The notes under the pieces are model-generated. The model was given only the letters and a program-made list of their open reading frames with translations, had not been told where the DNA came from and did not search any database. Position numbers and translations under genes: made by a program. A stretch of 59,149 nt of DNA, taken from NCBI GenBank assembly GCA_001724265.1, contig MEDY01000031.1, positions 62,001 through 121,149 of the forward strand, in the 5' to 3' direction. This DNA is from Rhizaria sp. SCN 62-66. Lineage: Eukaryota. Of the stretch, positions 12,001 through 19,682 are shown one piece after another; the stretch's first letter is position 1; every line of letters starts with the position of its first letter.

Positions 12001-13444
12001 TTACGCCGGACGTGCTGAAGTAGCCTGGGGTCGAGGTCGCGGAGCTGTAGTCCGGGACTGAGGCCGAGCCGGAGTGCGCTGCCGTCGCGGCGGCCGCGGC
12101 AGCGGCGGCGGCGGCGGCGACGGCGGCGGAGCCAAAGGGTGGGAGTGCAGTGTCGATGGTCACAGGCAGCATGCGCAGGCTCGACCGCCGGTTCGCGGCC
12201 GTGGCCACCGCGGTCACCGCCGCGCCCATAGCCGTTTGCGCGGTGGCGGTCGGGTGCGCCGCGTGGTGCGCGGTGTGCGCAGATGCAGTTGACGTGGGCG
12301 GCAGCGCGGACCCGTGGCCGGAGCCGGAGCCGGACCCGTGGCTGGAGCTGGTGACAGAGCCCGCGCTGTGGCCGGCAGCGCTGCTGATCGCGGAGCCCAG
12401 CGCGGGCCCCGCGCTGGCTGCGATCCCCGTAAATGCGCTGTGCGGCAGCGCGTGCGTGTGCACGTTCACGTGCGGCGATGCCGGTGAGGGCGTCTGGAAC
12501 GGCGGTGCGGTGGGGGCGGGCGAGGACTCTGAGAAGCCGTCGAAGAAGTGGTCAATCTGCGCCGCTTCGGCCTTGGCGGCAGCCGCGGCGACGTCGTCCG
12601 CAACCGAGGCCGACGACGGGCGCTTGCGCGGGGACGCGGCCTCGACGGCGGTGCCCGCGGCCAATGCGGAGGGGGCGAGGACGATGGGCGGCGCGAGCGC
12701 GGACGTCGTAGAGACTGTGGAGAGCTTCACGACCGCAGGCGCTGGGCTGGCGCCCGTCAGCGACGCGCTGGTCGACGGCGGGACGGAGAGCGTGGCCGAG
12801 ACCGACGGCCGGCCGCGCGGCGACGCGAGCCCGCCCAGCGCGTTCTTAGAGCCCAGTGCGCCGAGGGCCGCCAGCGCGGACTCGTTGAGCACGGGTGCCG
12901 CGGTGGCGGACGTGCCGGGCTGCACGGGGAGTCTGCCATCGGTCACCGGGGCCGCGGTGGCGGCTCTAAGGTCGCTCAGCGCGCCAGGCGCTGAGGCCTC
13001 AGTGGACGCGGCAGTGAGGACGTCGGGCGGAAGCGAGAAACCACCGCGCGCGATGGGCGGGACCTGTGACACGCTGGCGCTGGTGGGATGTGTGAGACCC
13101 GCGCGCGGGGGCTCCTCGGAGGACTCGGAGAGAGCGCTGTTGTCGTCGTCGAAATCGTCGAAAAAGCCGTCGTCGTCGTCGTCGTCGTCCAGGGGCGTCA
13201 TCTCGGCCTTTGAGATAGGTTTGACGCCGCCGACGGGCACGCCGGGCAGCTGCGCAACGCCCGGCAGCGTGTTAACGGGGGCTGCAGTAGGCGCAGGTGC
13301 GGTGTAAGTAGTTGCGAGCGGTAGCGCGAAAGGGTTGCTCGACAAGCCGACGGCGGGCGGTGCCGTTGCGGCTGCGGTGCTGGCCAGAGGAGGCGACGGT
13401 GAAGTGCGCAACCACGCGGGCTGCGAGTCGGAGGCGCGGCTCAT
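1..13444 (-). CDS. Giant low-complexity protein (>4,480 aa, 3' end beyond window) with an internal 24-aa helical repeat array
   Basis: ATG at 13444 (MSRASDSQPAWLRTSPSPPLAST...EMTPLDDDDDDDGFFDDFDDD) with an in-frame TGA shortly upstream. The ORF track lists no minus-strand ORF ending in this frame, and the long plus-strand shadow ORFs from 18 to 13307 keep one register, so the frame is open to base 1 (...PSGFTLKASGKSDATQ). It is probably absent from the track because it has no stop in the window. Confidence 0.88.
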   Translation of the reverse strand, partial: MSRASDSQPAWLRTSPSPPLASTAAATAPPAVGLSSNPFALPLATTYTAPAPTAAPVNTLPGVAQLPGVPVGGVKPISKAEMTPLDDDDDDDGFFDDFDDDNSALSESSEEPPRAGLTHPTSASVSQVPPIARGGFSLPPDVLTAASTEASAPGALSDLRAATAAPVTDGRLPVQPGTSATAAPVLNESALAALGALGSKNALGGLASPRGRPSVSATLSVPPSTSASLTGASPAPAVVKLSTVSTTSALAPPIVLAPSALAAGTAVEAASPRKRPSSASVADDVAAAAAKAEAAQIDHFFDGFSESSPAPTAPPFQTPSPASPHVNVHTHALPHSAFTGIAASAGPALGSAISSAAGHSAGSVTSSSHGSGSGSGHGSALPPTSTASAHTAHHAAHPTATAQTAMGAAVTAVATAANRRSSLRMLPVTIDTALPPFGSAAVAAAAAAAAAAATAAHSGSASVPDYSSATSTPGYFSTSGVNVSGHSAATATPGVDALAPPQGSHSMHNGRYDMFASPAPSDASTSRFSFVTSIGHSVAPSVAPGHANMHVTTAHGYPGYVPTPYAASFVSSSSASSSSSSTAAAATGSVDYAPPDLTVPAPTPHVSQPVASPQRDASPFPSPTSNAAAGAPAPAAAAFAAYTVPATAAAGGSPAAPNANANANARTPQRRAQISMIPGFSPTRAPAQAAAAADATMPAAATTGAAESEGAPARLPAAAPTGPADTGSDGSASRSAVAAINFAAPAVAVGRVPAVRAAAQASAAAQASAAAPARTATTATMSETVDASQLGSLDGSSAPSTGTLATGATGADNPSPSASALQALIVPHVAMGEVSGSSSGANADAGAGTTTPGGSLLSPGTLTHGHSLSRVEGHPLLHPPHHHHHHHNHHHDVGLLSQNDATSSELSGAGDDSGSRGDDGDGYGDNDFAEAEPSPASATRTAPHAAAATSTPAPAPAFVSASAPALQPLTAASAALPTRLQPLEVIEAPASSAVAAVRSPKNAVISPCGARRSPGGSVSDGETPRPSRPGSVTRGARGAGSVRLHSLEFSDDGAGAAAVLAQEPPATVAVGMMLTADDVSPTAAQVPAQAAATPAAAASGVVTGNVADSNDSPIDNSASSLAAPVAPRVVPVGLHTLSPLPRQSAARARSPAPGSPAVAPATSAASLSPSVPVGRNTLAPLTPRTRAANVNRAPSPLPATSSTPTLAHVTAVNASALPASAPESVAAPAMLWRLGGAGASAGAPSGTDEALASELYWAGRDLTLGQNATTASTANALPRVPGAPAPAIAIAASASAVRPVPLATALAAASSVAPASSQPARTLNSSSSTASLTSPVRVRGTSGVETRPSTATRRTAAAGAAPGPSARTATATGTKSRTTTPLRGGGARVTPSPAVGPRASPTSARTPARATPAHSRPSSGRAASGASGAGPAPISFATSTFTPALSSEDPVLSHETLQSHLALALRTLSQQQRAANAAAARARAWQRRAAEERKLVDVVLGVRVAAAWGADPVDALAPGAAATDRSAASASAATMAMEPDSAAIVQAPAGYVEEDGDLSLHTSTAQPLAHTDAAAPQTPTHAQVQAMVTSALRPLMLRSGPLALPHADSLSTRGDGDESDVSLSDDAEAEAAEAPAEEGSTGEVVRSLRSLLRRNAAIDARTATVAASYGPAGARPSTAVTDMALKSVVAPRRQRPASASAASNAGAVESAGASASLMLLSNPLAGPVALRLLQREHRRSSALATALARAADEVERLQLEKEQLAAAAGLDRRRRRRAEAPERPRTAAGAAAAANGPEPGAASATAAVVALQAQVRQMEARLQRRKAKDAAAALAAASRPPQQAASQSNVNMLSMAEASLDWTEAAADAHDADRTLPSSPALQSVALPVGGPALRKSAVVSDDDDAELVFTSRRHHEADGNSDADATVVSPKSVAAPVTPIGAWPGAPFTSPTAAAATPAVPRAGEIPDATDDEFLTTSDEDSDDDADDEEEARVLIRDFALLARHAEAGVSGASPAASANLDEYSIQPSASAAAQAAAAAAVAAAHLGEADDDGADDDIASLSQLLHDSELHVNGSASASLTSPSRAGMLPPLRSTPVPTPRRAVATPDVATPLRMPTERANKLKPLTPTEAPVSATLAANTGSAAASSASPVQAPEAHALKSRCVALEATVARLRKQLRKATVKGAQARVELKLATGQLDASVAHLSTADSNQASDRLRDSGARGGSSGDEDGHENSDGYSELMFTEDEKEDDDTNKPYVDPMAALAARSEPVSLEAAAAPAAVAEPEDDMYDESMLVPYNTALGAQSLSADATSLPTSDPMLSGAPVLASLAPVFSNERSSGQSTNIVLSPARSPEITVTSPTTTAAGPLPLRSLPQSQSHVPSRTPSVVPPASISGSASLSARSPAPSNFFNADAARSGDDEDAHDLQIPVQQLQLQSTSSAVPSSAVGPWGDWTSASAAAANAAADAREMESKRTSQTPQSVAQRPQTEDGQVEFGASSPVVVVPGLVSPANSVPMLSPYVSGQSPTGPLNAQSPPLLPHASSLSSMPRSPSSLCSVPSLRAVSGQHSQASSIHCQLLAEADHFDEVRARNRSRLGTASDTPSGSPPSQPTSPDMIRHSISHGSHPPLPPAAALSPVRVTLSAIPSVPSVAAQSDLQTRASQLVAAALAQLHTATNVTSDAQVVTAATVEFADRPAASRAIADLQARAAGLRARAAALSSGNSAAGTRAPPSVVSAGTEKISVAPAPPSSGPVDLQTRAAGLVQAAKAEIEHERKTADLQARAAKLVAAALRDITVMQARSKSRYSEPTGLQARAEVLVRAALTEIDFARPIGDIYSRPEELVQSALDATPVSASDDDLQSRAKVLVQHALDSALTAKKTVALQSRAADLVQSALADIATAQATESLQTRAMVLRESAMAEIKADHARTSLQTRARELVNAALADIERAEVESLQARARTLVNSALMEINIDESTSSLQSRATSLVHAALNEISNEEPISSLQLRATKLVEAALADLESDKKIVSLQSRAAVLVKAALASPHDDGGTSSLQARANMLVQAALAEISNSGVTSALQTRAAALMRTVLDELNHDATVNSLQSRAAVLVQLALSEIESGDMSSSMQSRASKLVQAALAEIQESEKSVSLQSRAANLVHAALSEVKDNKKLPLQERASELVQAALAEIETDNVTVLLQTRATTLVQVAPAEINVGNVTSSLQSRAGNLVTAALAEIQTSNMISSLQTRATQLVQDALTDLKNADATASLQFRAAKLARAALDVLHHCDATASLQTRATKLVQAALAEIDNEPSSALQMRAAILVQAVLAELNHSAAVASLQSRAAVLVQSALAEINMSDAIVSLQKRAATLVQPALSNIKHDEAKSTLQSRAAKLVQAALAEIEGKDSTALLQSRAANLVNSALIEINISAAQTPTVITLTASAVQPAARDFDFSLRHIGSNCSDLSDKSINKDGATVGAMQTPSTQDLARSTSVSVVSSSASAASAPLMSREARARALAVATLVASEASTGNTPTRVQRELQNRAAALVVDAIGRLDAERADQQIESSRTAAGSDYLSPPVPAMRVVSAPLRNTAAKLSPSVAPMTVSSPVESTLGHGAGSLAMRTEHPLAQTPQSLAPSQEGPTSEAASHVSFDEAASCPTSGSGTALLLDISEQQPKQTAIVVEAAPVAPVPAADGVTIDANGLYYLTPIIECDAERSMQNTAESKSAPKVSAATTSASITPVKAVPSNDVSASSPEQVSTSRARLQELQAQYNQRAMSSSEDNNSLSGERSDDECSPNAENGADATPLAPAVAPVVMIAESNAEPGSPGPRPSTSTAPPLGRFVSMLEDDADAEPEDDGDAVARILGSSPRMIATGNTDTSARPSRTSGDGRSSTAAVEAAAAAALMSPLTGPDGDDDLFPHSKPVAMFGSFATAATAGASAAEPALDANGLPVMTPAMLEPLVVVPTGDSAASEQSKVRSPVAARTGAAGAVSAVPVGPSAPAPAAAPAAPAARYLSLARRLRVVIQRPNSICASILSAETALEGGLQWSKEITTPGHTAPRAHASAGPDPAGPERLLGFTQPEMAGVQLLPSRRVPVAAAPSILYGTIVSTVPQRADGVVAAGSPLPHSPLLVLWAKDPQTKAYAAHTYTEWLRDAGAFALGKDVPMFGANAGAAAATRCKMGLFGSNAMPPTSPVAPTGNSSPVPAPSASPAGVFASFVSPLSFAQVIEDIDRSHAVPNVALPAGQSAASVGDDVAQVQAASMSDLEAATGVSGILSALDLLWGEAITQAAALTGAVSPRPSVANGGLSARANRSTAPRDMFPSQQQAAIAAAAATLAGSGSTLAPPAASSAAGLALSRAGTPARAMSPVPLRPFSPQSSSPGIDGTPAPLTSPRAALGLGLSPRSHMLTSPSPAVSTVQALSLDAGAAPSVASAASQAPLQTVSSPTQGPSRAPLSPSGFTLKASGKSDATQ
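3170..5465 (-). repeat. Degenerate 72-bp (24-aa) coding tandem repeat, consensus LQSRAAxLVQAALAEIxxxxxxxS
   Basis: LQxRA motif recurs every 72 (sometimes 69) nt from ~3200 to ~4850 (about 24 contiguous units), with looser copies at ~4995, 5090, 5165, 5315, 5460 and ~2810. Confidence 0.9.
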
Positions 13445-14237
13445 GCGGGTATACGAGTGTGCGCAGGGTTGACGCAAGCGTCAAAGCTGAGTGCGCGCGG
13501 TGATTGGTTCTTCAAGTTATCCTTTGACGCGTATACAGTGCGAAGTCTCTAAACCAGGGAGAGGAGGCCCAGCCTGCTTGATCAAACTGAGGGAAACGAG
13601 TGCATGGAGGAAGAAGGTAGTGGGTAAACAAGTCAGAAATGCGTGACATCTATAAAATAATAATTATCAGGTCGAAATGCCTCGGTTTAATCGTCACAGC
13701 TTATTTGGGTACGGGTGTGGAGGCAATCTGGAATTGGTCTCGCAGCCACGCCTGAATAAAAAAACAGGTGAATTCCAGCGTGTCAACGCGCGTTATGTGT
13801 ACAGCATAGTGCGGTCCTAGATGTGTCAGCATATTGCATTTCGGATATTTTAATTACAATTCTCTTCTAAGTGAGGCCACGCTTACATATGAACAAAAAC
13901 GTGACTGGGCTGTTTGTGTTGTGGGCACAATCCTTCCCCAAAACTTGCGTTCGCAAAAAAGTCGAGCGAAGAAAACAAAAAAGAGCGAACGACGAGGACG
14001 AAGTGCGGGGCCTGATTGCGGGGAAGGATACTGCTGTCACTGAACAGTCGTTAAACGTGCTCGCTTATTTTCTTGGTTGCATGGTCACTTTGCCATATGA
14101 ATATGCATTTGTATCCCGTTCAAAACATACGCTTTTACTCCGTCATGTACATTCTTGAAACACTGCGTTTCCTCACTTTAATGCGTCGTGCCGCCTAACT
14201 TTTACGCGTTTTTGCGCTCTATAGCTTCATCTCCAAG

Positions 14238-15008
14238 ATGTCCCAAATCCCCATCGGCGCTGCCGTCAAGACCTCCTTCGGCTCGGGTCACGTCACCGAG
14301 TACAACGAGACCACCAAGATGTACACGATCGAGCTTGCCTCCTGGGTGCTCTCTGGCAACTCGCGCGTCTTCGTCTACTCGCCCTTCGACAGCATCACTT
14401 TCACCCCCCTGCCCACCGCTGAGGAGGCCGCTGAGATGTCCCCTACCGAGGAGCCCCGCCAGGTTGCTGAGGACGTGCCCGCTGCGACCTCCGTCATCCA
14501 TGAGCAGAAGATCGCCACCGGCACCGCCGTCAAGGTTGGCACCTTCGGCCCCGCCAAGGTCGTCGCTTTCGCGGCTCACACCGGCATCTACGAGGTCGTT
14601 TTCACCAAGTGGGTCCTCTCCAACGGCCAGACCGCGCACGCGTTTGTCACTGGCAACAACCTCACCGTCTGCGACGAGAAGGAGTGCACCGCCGCCACCG
14701 CGTCCGCTGTTCCTGCCTGCGAGGGCAAGAAGGAGTGCGACGCCGCTGCAAAGAAGGAGTGCGACGGCAAGAAGCCCTGCGATGCCGAGGCCAAGAAGGA
14801 GTGCGACGGCAAGAAGGAGTGCGACGGCAAGAAGGCCGAGGAGCCCAAGAAGGAGTGCGAGGCCAAGAAGGCTGAGGAGCCCGAGGCTGTTGCCGTCGCG
14901 GCCGAGGCCGAGACCCAGCCCGAGGAGAAGAAGGCCGAGGAGAAGAAGGCCGAGGAGCCCAAGCCCTCCGCTTCCGCTGAGAACAAGGCCTGCTGCATTG
15001 TTATGTAA
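14238..15008 (+). CDS. Orphan 256-aa protein: duplicated small beta domain, KKECDG repeats, C-terminal CCIVM (CaaX)
   Basis: Strong C/G-ending codon bias; KTSFGSGHV..YTIELASWVLSGN resembles VGTFGPAKV..YEVVFTKWVLSNG; ends CCIVM-TAA. Confidence 0.85.
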   Translation: MSQIPIGAAVKTSFGSGHVTEYNETTKMYTIELASWVLSGNSRVFVYSPFDSITFTPLPTAEEAAEMSPTEEPRQVAEDVPAATSVIHEQKIATGTAVKVGTFGPAKVVAFAAHTGIYEVVFTKWVLSNGQTAHAFVTGNNLTVCDEKECTAATASAVPACEGKKECDAAAKKECDGKKPCDAEAKKECDGKKECDGKKAEEPKKECEAKKAEEPEAVAVAAEAETQPEEKKAEEKKAEEPKPSASAENKACCIVM

Positions 15009-15402
15009 GTTGTTGACGACATCTCTGTTGTCCTCTTTTCTTATGTGCTGCTGCCGCCTCTGACTGTTTGATTGATTGATGTTAACACGTGTATTATGTC
15101 CACAGTGTCACCAATTCTGTAAGGGATGATTCTAAATACATTTGTATTATTAAGTACACCAACCAAACGTCTTACTCCCCTCTGCCAGACTCGGGTGTCT
15201 CGTACGACAGAATATCTGGTTGGTCCTGCTGACCTGTTGCGGATCTGTCATCTCAACTCACGAAAACATGTTGCTTGTGCTCAAGGATCCGTCTATGGCA
15301 TTGATTTAGTAAGTCTCGTTTCATAATACTTATTATATGCATTTTCCCTTAATAATACTTTCTGAACCTTCTTTTTGTGCTTAGACGCAGCTTTCTTTTT
15401 GA

Positions 15403-15903
15403 ATGTCTGGCAAGACGGTGGTTGTGATCCAAGGCTTGTTCCTGGCAGTGCAGCTGGGCTTCACAGCTTATAGTGCCTCGCTCTGGGCGCGTTCCCGTGG
15501 CAAGGCGGGCATGACTCCTGTGTCCACACCCATGAACCTGCTCGTCGCGGGCGCTGTCGCGCTGTACGCGGCGTCCGAGCTCACCGCGCTGCCCGCTGCC
15601 GTGGAGACCGCAGCGCGTTGCGTGCCGTTTGCGCTGGCGCCGTTCCTGCTCTACGTCATGGGCTGCGACATCGTCAATTATTTTCGCTACAAGGCACTGC
15701 TGCGGATGGCGCGGCAGAAGTACCGCGAGACGGGCGAGAAGTCTGACATCTCCGTACCCGGCTACACGTCTCTCAACACGCTGATGCTTGGCGTCGTCGT
15801 CGCGCTTTTCGGCGTCTTCGCGGCGGGCGTCGGGCTGCTCGCGGAGACCACGCGCGGCGACTCTGACACCGATGACGACGCGTATCTTGCTGACGCTATC
15901 TGA
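15403..15903 (+). CDS. Small multi-pass membrane protein, unknown function
   Basis: 166-aa ORF with GC3-rich codons, about 4 hydrophobic segments, acidic tail, TGA stop. Confidence 0.7.
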   Translation: MSGKTVVVIQGLFLAVQLGFTAYSASLWARSRGKAGMTPVSTPMNLLVAGAVALYAASELTALPAAVETAARCVPFALAPFLLYVMGCDIVNYFRYKALLRMARQKYRETGEKSDISVPGYTSLNTLMLGVVVALFGVFAAGVGLLAETTRGDSDTDDDAYLADAI

Positions 15904-16516
15904 ACGCAGCAACGTGCTTAGCGTGTTTTGTGAAGAGCTGTGCCGTGTGCAAAGCGGAGTCACCGGCGTAAGCTTGCTGAAACGGTGCTCATAAAATCGT
16001 ATGATCAAGACATTGATGGCATCGTACTTAACCCCATGTGTTGCACTTGCAATAGTGTGGAACTTAATGGCTTCTGTCGTTCACCTTGCTCATCAGTAGC
16101 GTCTGCCAACATCTAGAATAGGTTTGATGTTGATGACATCACGATTAGCCTGCGTGACAACATTGTCATAGGAGGCCAATACAGTTTTGTAACGTCTCAA
16201 TAATAAGATTTTCTATGTATGTATACTTATTATATCCTTTGTAATGAGCCCATCAAAGATTAGTTTGATTTAGCCGAACACCTTCTTTGTTTTCATATCT
16301 CACCACATGTTCGCCTTGAGTGTGTTTGCGCACGGACTGACAACTCAATGAGCGCATCTTTGTAACGGCAATATCTCTACAGTTTCATCGTCAATACGAT
16401 TTAGCTTAGACTATCGTTCTGAAAGTCATTTATATTTGTGCATTTCATGTAACAAAACTGTTAAATACGCTTACTATCGCTATACTGACATGTTTTAATT
16501 TGATCGCAGGTCGGAG

Positions 16517-19423
16517 ATGAGCGCAACGCCGAGCACCGGGTTGTACGACACTCCGCACGGCCCCATCATTCAGGATGCCGACTTTATTACGCTCGAGGAG
16601 CACGCCGCGTTTTTTGCCGCGCTGCCGACGATGATCCGCAAGCTCAAGAGTGTCCCGCTGGAGAGCGCTCCCGACGCCGCCTTCGGTGGCGCAGAGGTGC
16701 CGCGGCTGCCGCTCACCGCGCGCGGCGGCGCGACGGTTGGCGCAAAACTCCCACACGAGGCCGCGACGGCGCTGCCCGCGGCGCTGCAGCCGCTTGCGGC
16801 GCGCGTGGCGGCCCGCGTGGCCGCGCAGTGCCCCGGGTGGGCCGCGACGCAGGCGGACGTGCTCGTGGTGCCGCCCGGCACCGGCGCGGGGCTGTTCTGC
16901 GATGCCACCGCCGCAGCGCACGCCGCGCACGGACCCATCGCTGTTCTCACCGTCGCCGGGTCGCTCTCCTGGACCGTCTCCGCGAACGTCCCTGTTGCTG
17001 AGCTTGTTGAATCCGCCGCTTCCGATGCCGACGTTGATGTCGACTCTTCAACCGGTAACAATGACGATGATGCTGCTGGTGCTGCCGGAGCCGCACCGTC
17101 TACGAGCCCCGCTGCGGCGGCCGCTGTTGCCGCGTTGGTGGCTGCGTCGATGCAGGAGCGCGTGCTGACGGCACCTGCGCGCAGTCTCCTGCTGATTCCG
17201 CCCTCGGTGCGCCGCCACGCTGTGTTTCAGGCCGAGCCCGTCATGTCGACCGCGATGCTGTCCGCGCCTGCGACGTCGCGCGCCTTTGCAGCACCGCCTA
17301 GTCTCTCGGGTTCCGACGACGTCACGGAGACTAAGAGCGCAGACGCAGATGCTGAGCTTGCCACGGAGCAAGCCGCTGACACAACTGCGCAGGAGTCATT
17401 GGTGATGCCGCTGTTGCCGCTGGGACAGCGCACTGTCAACGGGCGCCCCGCGCGCACAACGCCCTCGGCCGCCGTGTGTGCCGCCGCTGCCGCCGCCGAG
17501 GCCGCCGCTGTTATTCTCGGCCAAGACTGCGCAGTCGGCCCGGCGTCACGTGTGGTTGGCCCTGCACTGAAACGGGCCATGTCCGTAATCGTCGTGCTGC
17601 GTTGTTGTCCGGCCCTGCGCGCACCGCCGGCGCCCGAAGCGCTGGCTGCGAACGCGCTGCTGCTGCCGCGCACACTGCAAACGAAGCTGCGCGCGCTCAC
17701 CGTCGACTTCGAAGACGCGGTACGCGCCGCCGCTGTCAATAACAAGTGCACTGACGTGCCTGGTACTCATGACAACACCTCGACTGCAAGTGCAACTGCA
17801 ACAGCGCCTGAGCACAGTGCCATCCCCGCGCCTCTGTCAGGACAGACTGCAGCTGAGGTTGTAGCCGCGAGCTTTGGTCCCTTCAAGGAGGCTTCGGCAT
17901 CGCACCAGCGCCGCGCCGCCGCGCTGGCCGCAGACGTGACCGCTTGGGCACGCGCCGAGGCAGCAGCGCTCGCCGACGCCGCCGCGGCGGCCGCCGCCAC
18001 GGACGCTGCCGGCGCAGTGACCGCTGAGCGCGGCGCCGGCGCGCTGCCAGGAGAGCTGACTCTACGCGCTAGCGCTACCGCGGGCCGCGTCCCGTCCAAG
18101 CTACTCGCGCCCGCTGCAGCCGCCGCAGCCGCTGCGGGTATCGACGCCGCTGGCGCTGGCGCAGACGCGGGCGCTGCGCGGGGGCCTGATGGTGCTCTGG
18201 TGACGGTGTCTACGCTGTCGGATTCTGCCGCGGCCGCGTTCGAGCGGCAGCACGTGCACGCGGTGTACGACCACATCGCGGAGCACTTCTCGGGCACGCG
18301 CCACCAGGCGTGGCCGCGCGTCGACGATTTCGTGCGCACGCTGCCTACTGGCGCGCTTGTCGCCGACGTCGGCTGCGGCAACGGCAAGTACATGGGCGCG
18401 CCACACGCCATTTTCGTAGGCTCGGACGCGTCCCGCGAGCTGCTGCGCATCTGCGCGCTGTCGCGCGGCTTCTCCGTCGTCGAGTCAGACATCCTCGCAC
18501 CCGGTTTGCGGCCGCGCGCGTGGGACGCCGTGCTGTGCATCGCCGTGCTGCACCACGTGGCGACCCCAGCGCGACGCGCGCGCGCCGTCGAGGCACTCGC
18601 GCGGCTGCTGCGGCCCGGCGGGCGCGCGCTCGTGACGGTGTGGGCGCGCGAGCAAGAGGCCACGAGCAAGCGCCGGTTCGAGGCCGCAGACGTGTGGGTC
18701 GGCTGGAAGACGCCCGCGCACGCCAAGAAAGACCGCGCAGGCCTCCCAGTCGTGCCCAAGGGACAGAAGACCAAGCCTGCTCCCGCTGGTGCTGCTGCTG
18801 CTTCTGCTGTTGCTGCTACTGCTGATGGCAAGGGCAGGGGCCAGGCCGTGCAGTACGGCGCCACTGGGGACAACGGGTCCACGCTTGAGATCGTTGATGC
18901 CACCGCGGAGGTCAAGCCCGAGCTTGAGGCAACCGCTGCGACAAGTAGCGCGCAAGCTGAGACGAATGCAGCTCGCCCTGACGCCGCGCAGCCGGAGGTG
19001 CTGCAGCCCCAGGCTCACCGGTACTACCACGTGTTCTCAGAGGGCGAGCTCGAAGGACTGGTCGCAGAGGTTGCCGCTGCCCGCCGCGCGCGCCGCACCG
19101 CACTGGGGCTCCCCGCGCGCGCCACCGACGCCACGCGCGTTGCGCTGCCTGTCAATCCAGCAGCCGCAGCCGGGCCCACTGCAGTCGGCGGCTCTGTTAG
19201 CGCGGAACCTCAGAGCGCTAAGCGGCTCCTTGGCGCTGCGCCGTACACGCCCTACGCGCCTGCTGTGACCCAGCGGCTCAGTGCGCCGGTCGCGGTGTCG
19301 GCTGACGCCGCGGAAAGCGACAAGTGCGCCGCGCTGGCGGCGGCGGACGCGGAAGACGTGTGGGTCGAGGATCTCTTCTACGACCGCGGCAACTGGTGCG
19401 TCGTCATCCGCAAGGAGGGCTGA
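16517..19423 (+). CDS. ALKBH8: ALKBH8/Trm9-like tRNA wobble-uridine methyltransferase with a degenerate N-terminal AlkB-like region
   Basis: ERQHVHAVYDHIAEHFSGTRHQAWPRV, ADVGCGNGKY, DAVLCIAVLHH, LRPGGRALVTVWAREQ, RYYHVFSEGEL, YDRGNWCV are Trm9-family motifs. An acceptor-like CGCAG just before the ATG leaves an upstream exon possible. Confidence 0.88.
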   Translation: MSATPSTGLYDTPHGPIIQDADFITLEEHAAFFAALPTMIRKLKSVPLESAPDAAFGGAEVPRLPLTARGGATVGAKLPHEAATALPAALQPLAARVAARVAAQCPGWAATQADVLVVPPGTGAGLFCDATAAAHAAHGPIAVLTVAGSLSWTVSANVPVAELVESAASDADVDVDSSTGNNDDDAAGAAGAAPSTSPAAAAAVAALVAASMQERVLTAPARSLLLIPPSVRRHAVFQAEPVMSTAMLSAPATSRAFAAPPSLSGSDDVTETKSADADAELATEQAADTTAQESLVMPLLPLGQRTVNGRPARTTPSAAVCAAAAAAEAAAVILGQDCAVGPASRVVGPALKRAMSVIVVLRCCPALRAPPAPEALAANALLLPRTLQTKLRALTVDFEDAVRAAAVNNKCTDVPGTHDNTSTASATATAPEHSAIPAPLSGQTAAEVVAASFGPFKEASASHQRRAAALAADVTAWARAEAAALADAAAAAAATDAAGAVTAERGAGALPGELTLRASATAGRVPSKLLAPAAAAAAAAGIDAAGAGADAGAARGPDGALVTVSTLSDSAAAAFERQHVHAVYDHIAEHFSGTRHQAWPRVDDFVRTLPTGALVADVGCGNGKYMGAPHAIFVGSDASRELLRICALSRGFSVVESDILAPGLRPRAWDAVLCIAVLHHVATPARRARAVEALARLLRPGGRALVTVWAREQEATSKRRFEAADVWVGWKTPAHAKKDRAGLPVVPKGQKTKPAPAGAAAASAVAATADGKGRGQAVQYGATGDNGSTLEIVDATAEVKPELEATAATSSAQAETNAARPDAAQPEVLQPQAHRYYHVFSEGELEGLVAEVAAARRARRTALGLPARATDATRVALPVNPAAAAGPTAVGGSVSAEPQSAKRLLGAAPYTPYAPAVTQRLSAPVAVSADAAESDKCAALAAADAEDVWVEDLFYDRGNWCVVIRKEG

Positions 19424-19682
19424 GTACGATGCGCTCAGCTTAATGCTTATGTGCAATGTGCAGTGTAAGATTATCGTCGAGGGGATAAGAACGCTATGTA
19501 TTCATACGTATTGTCGCTCTACTGTCGACTGGAATTGAAGCTACAACATACTAAATATGCCGTAGTTGTTAATTAAATAGTGCTATATACAGGTCGGTTT
19601 GAATGCGACTAATTAATTTGTTTGAATCCTTAGCCAATACATGTTTCGATACTTAGTTCCGCATTGCCACAAGTCGTTGCGT

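Noticed and set aside
18-13307. Many long plus-strand ORFs (e.g. 18-1385, 8844-9680, 12150-13307)
   Set aside because: Antisense shadows in a constant register of the giant minus-strand ORF; no independent motifs.
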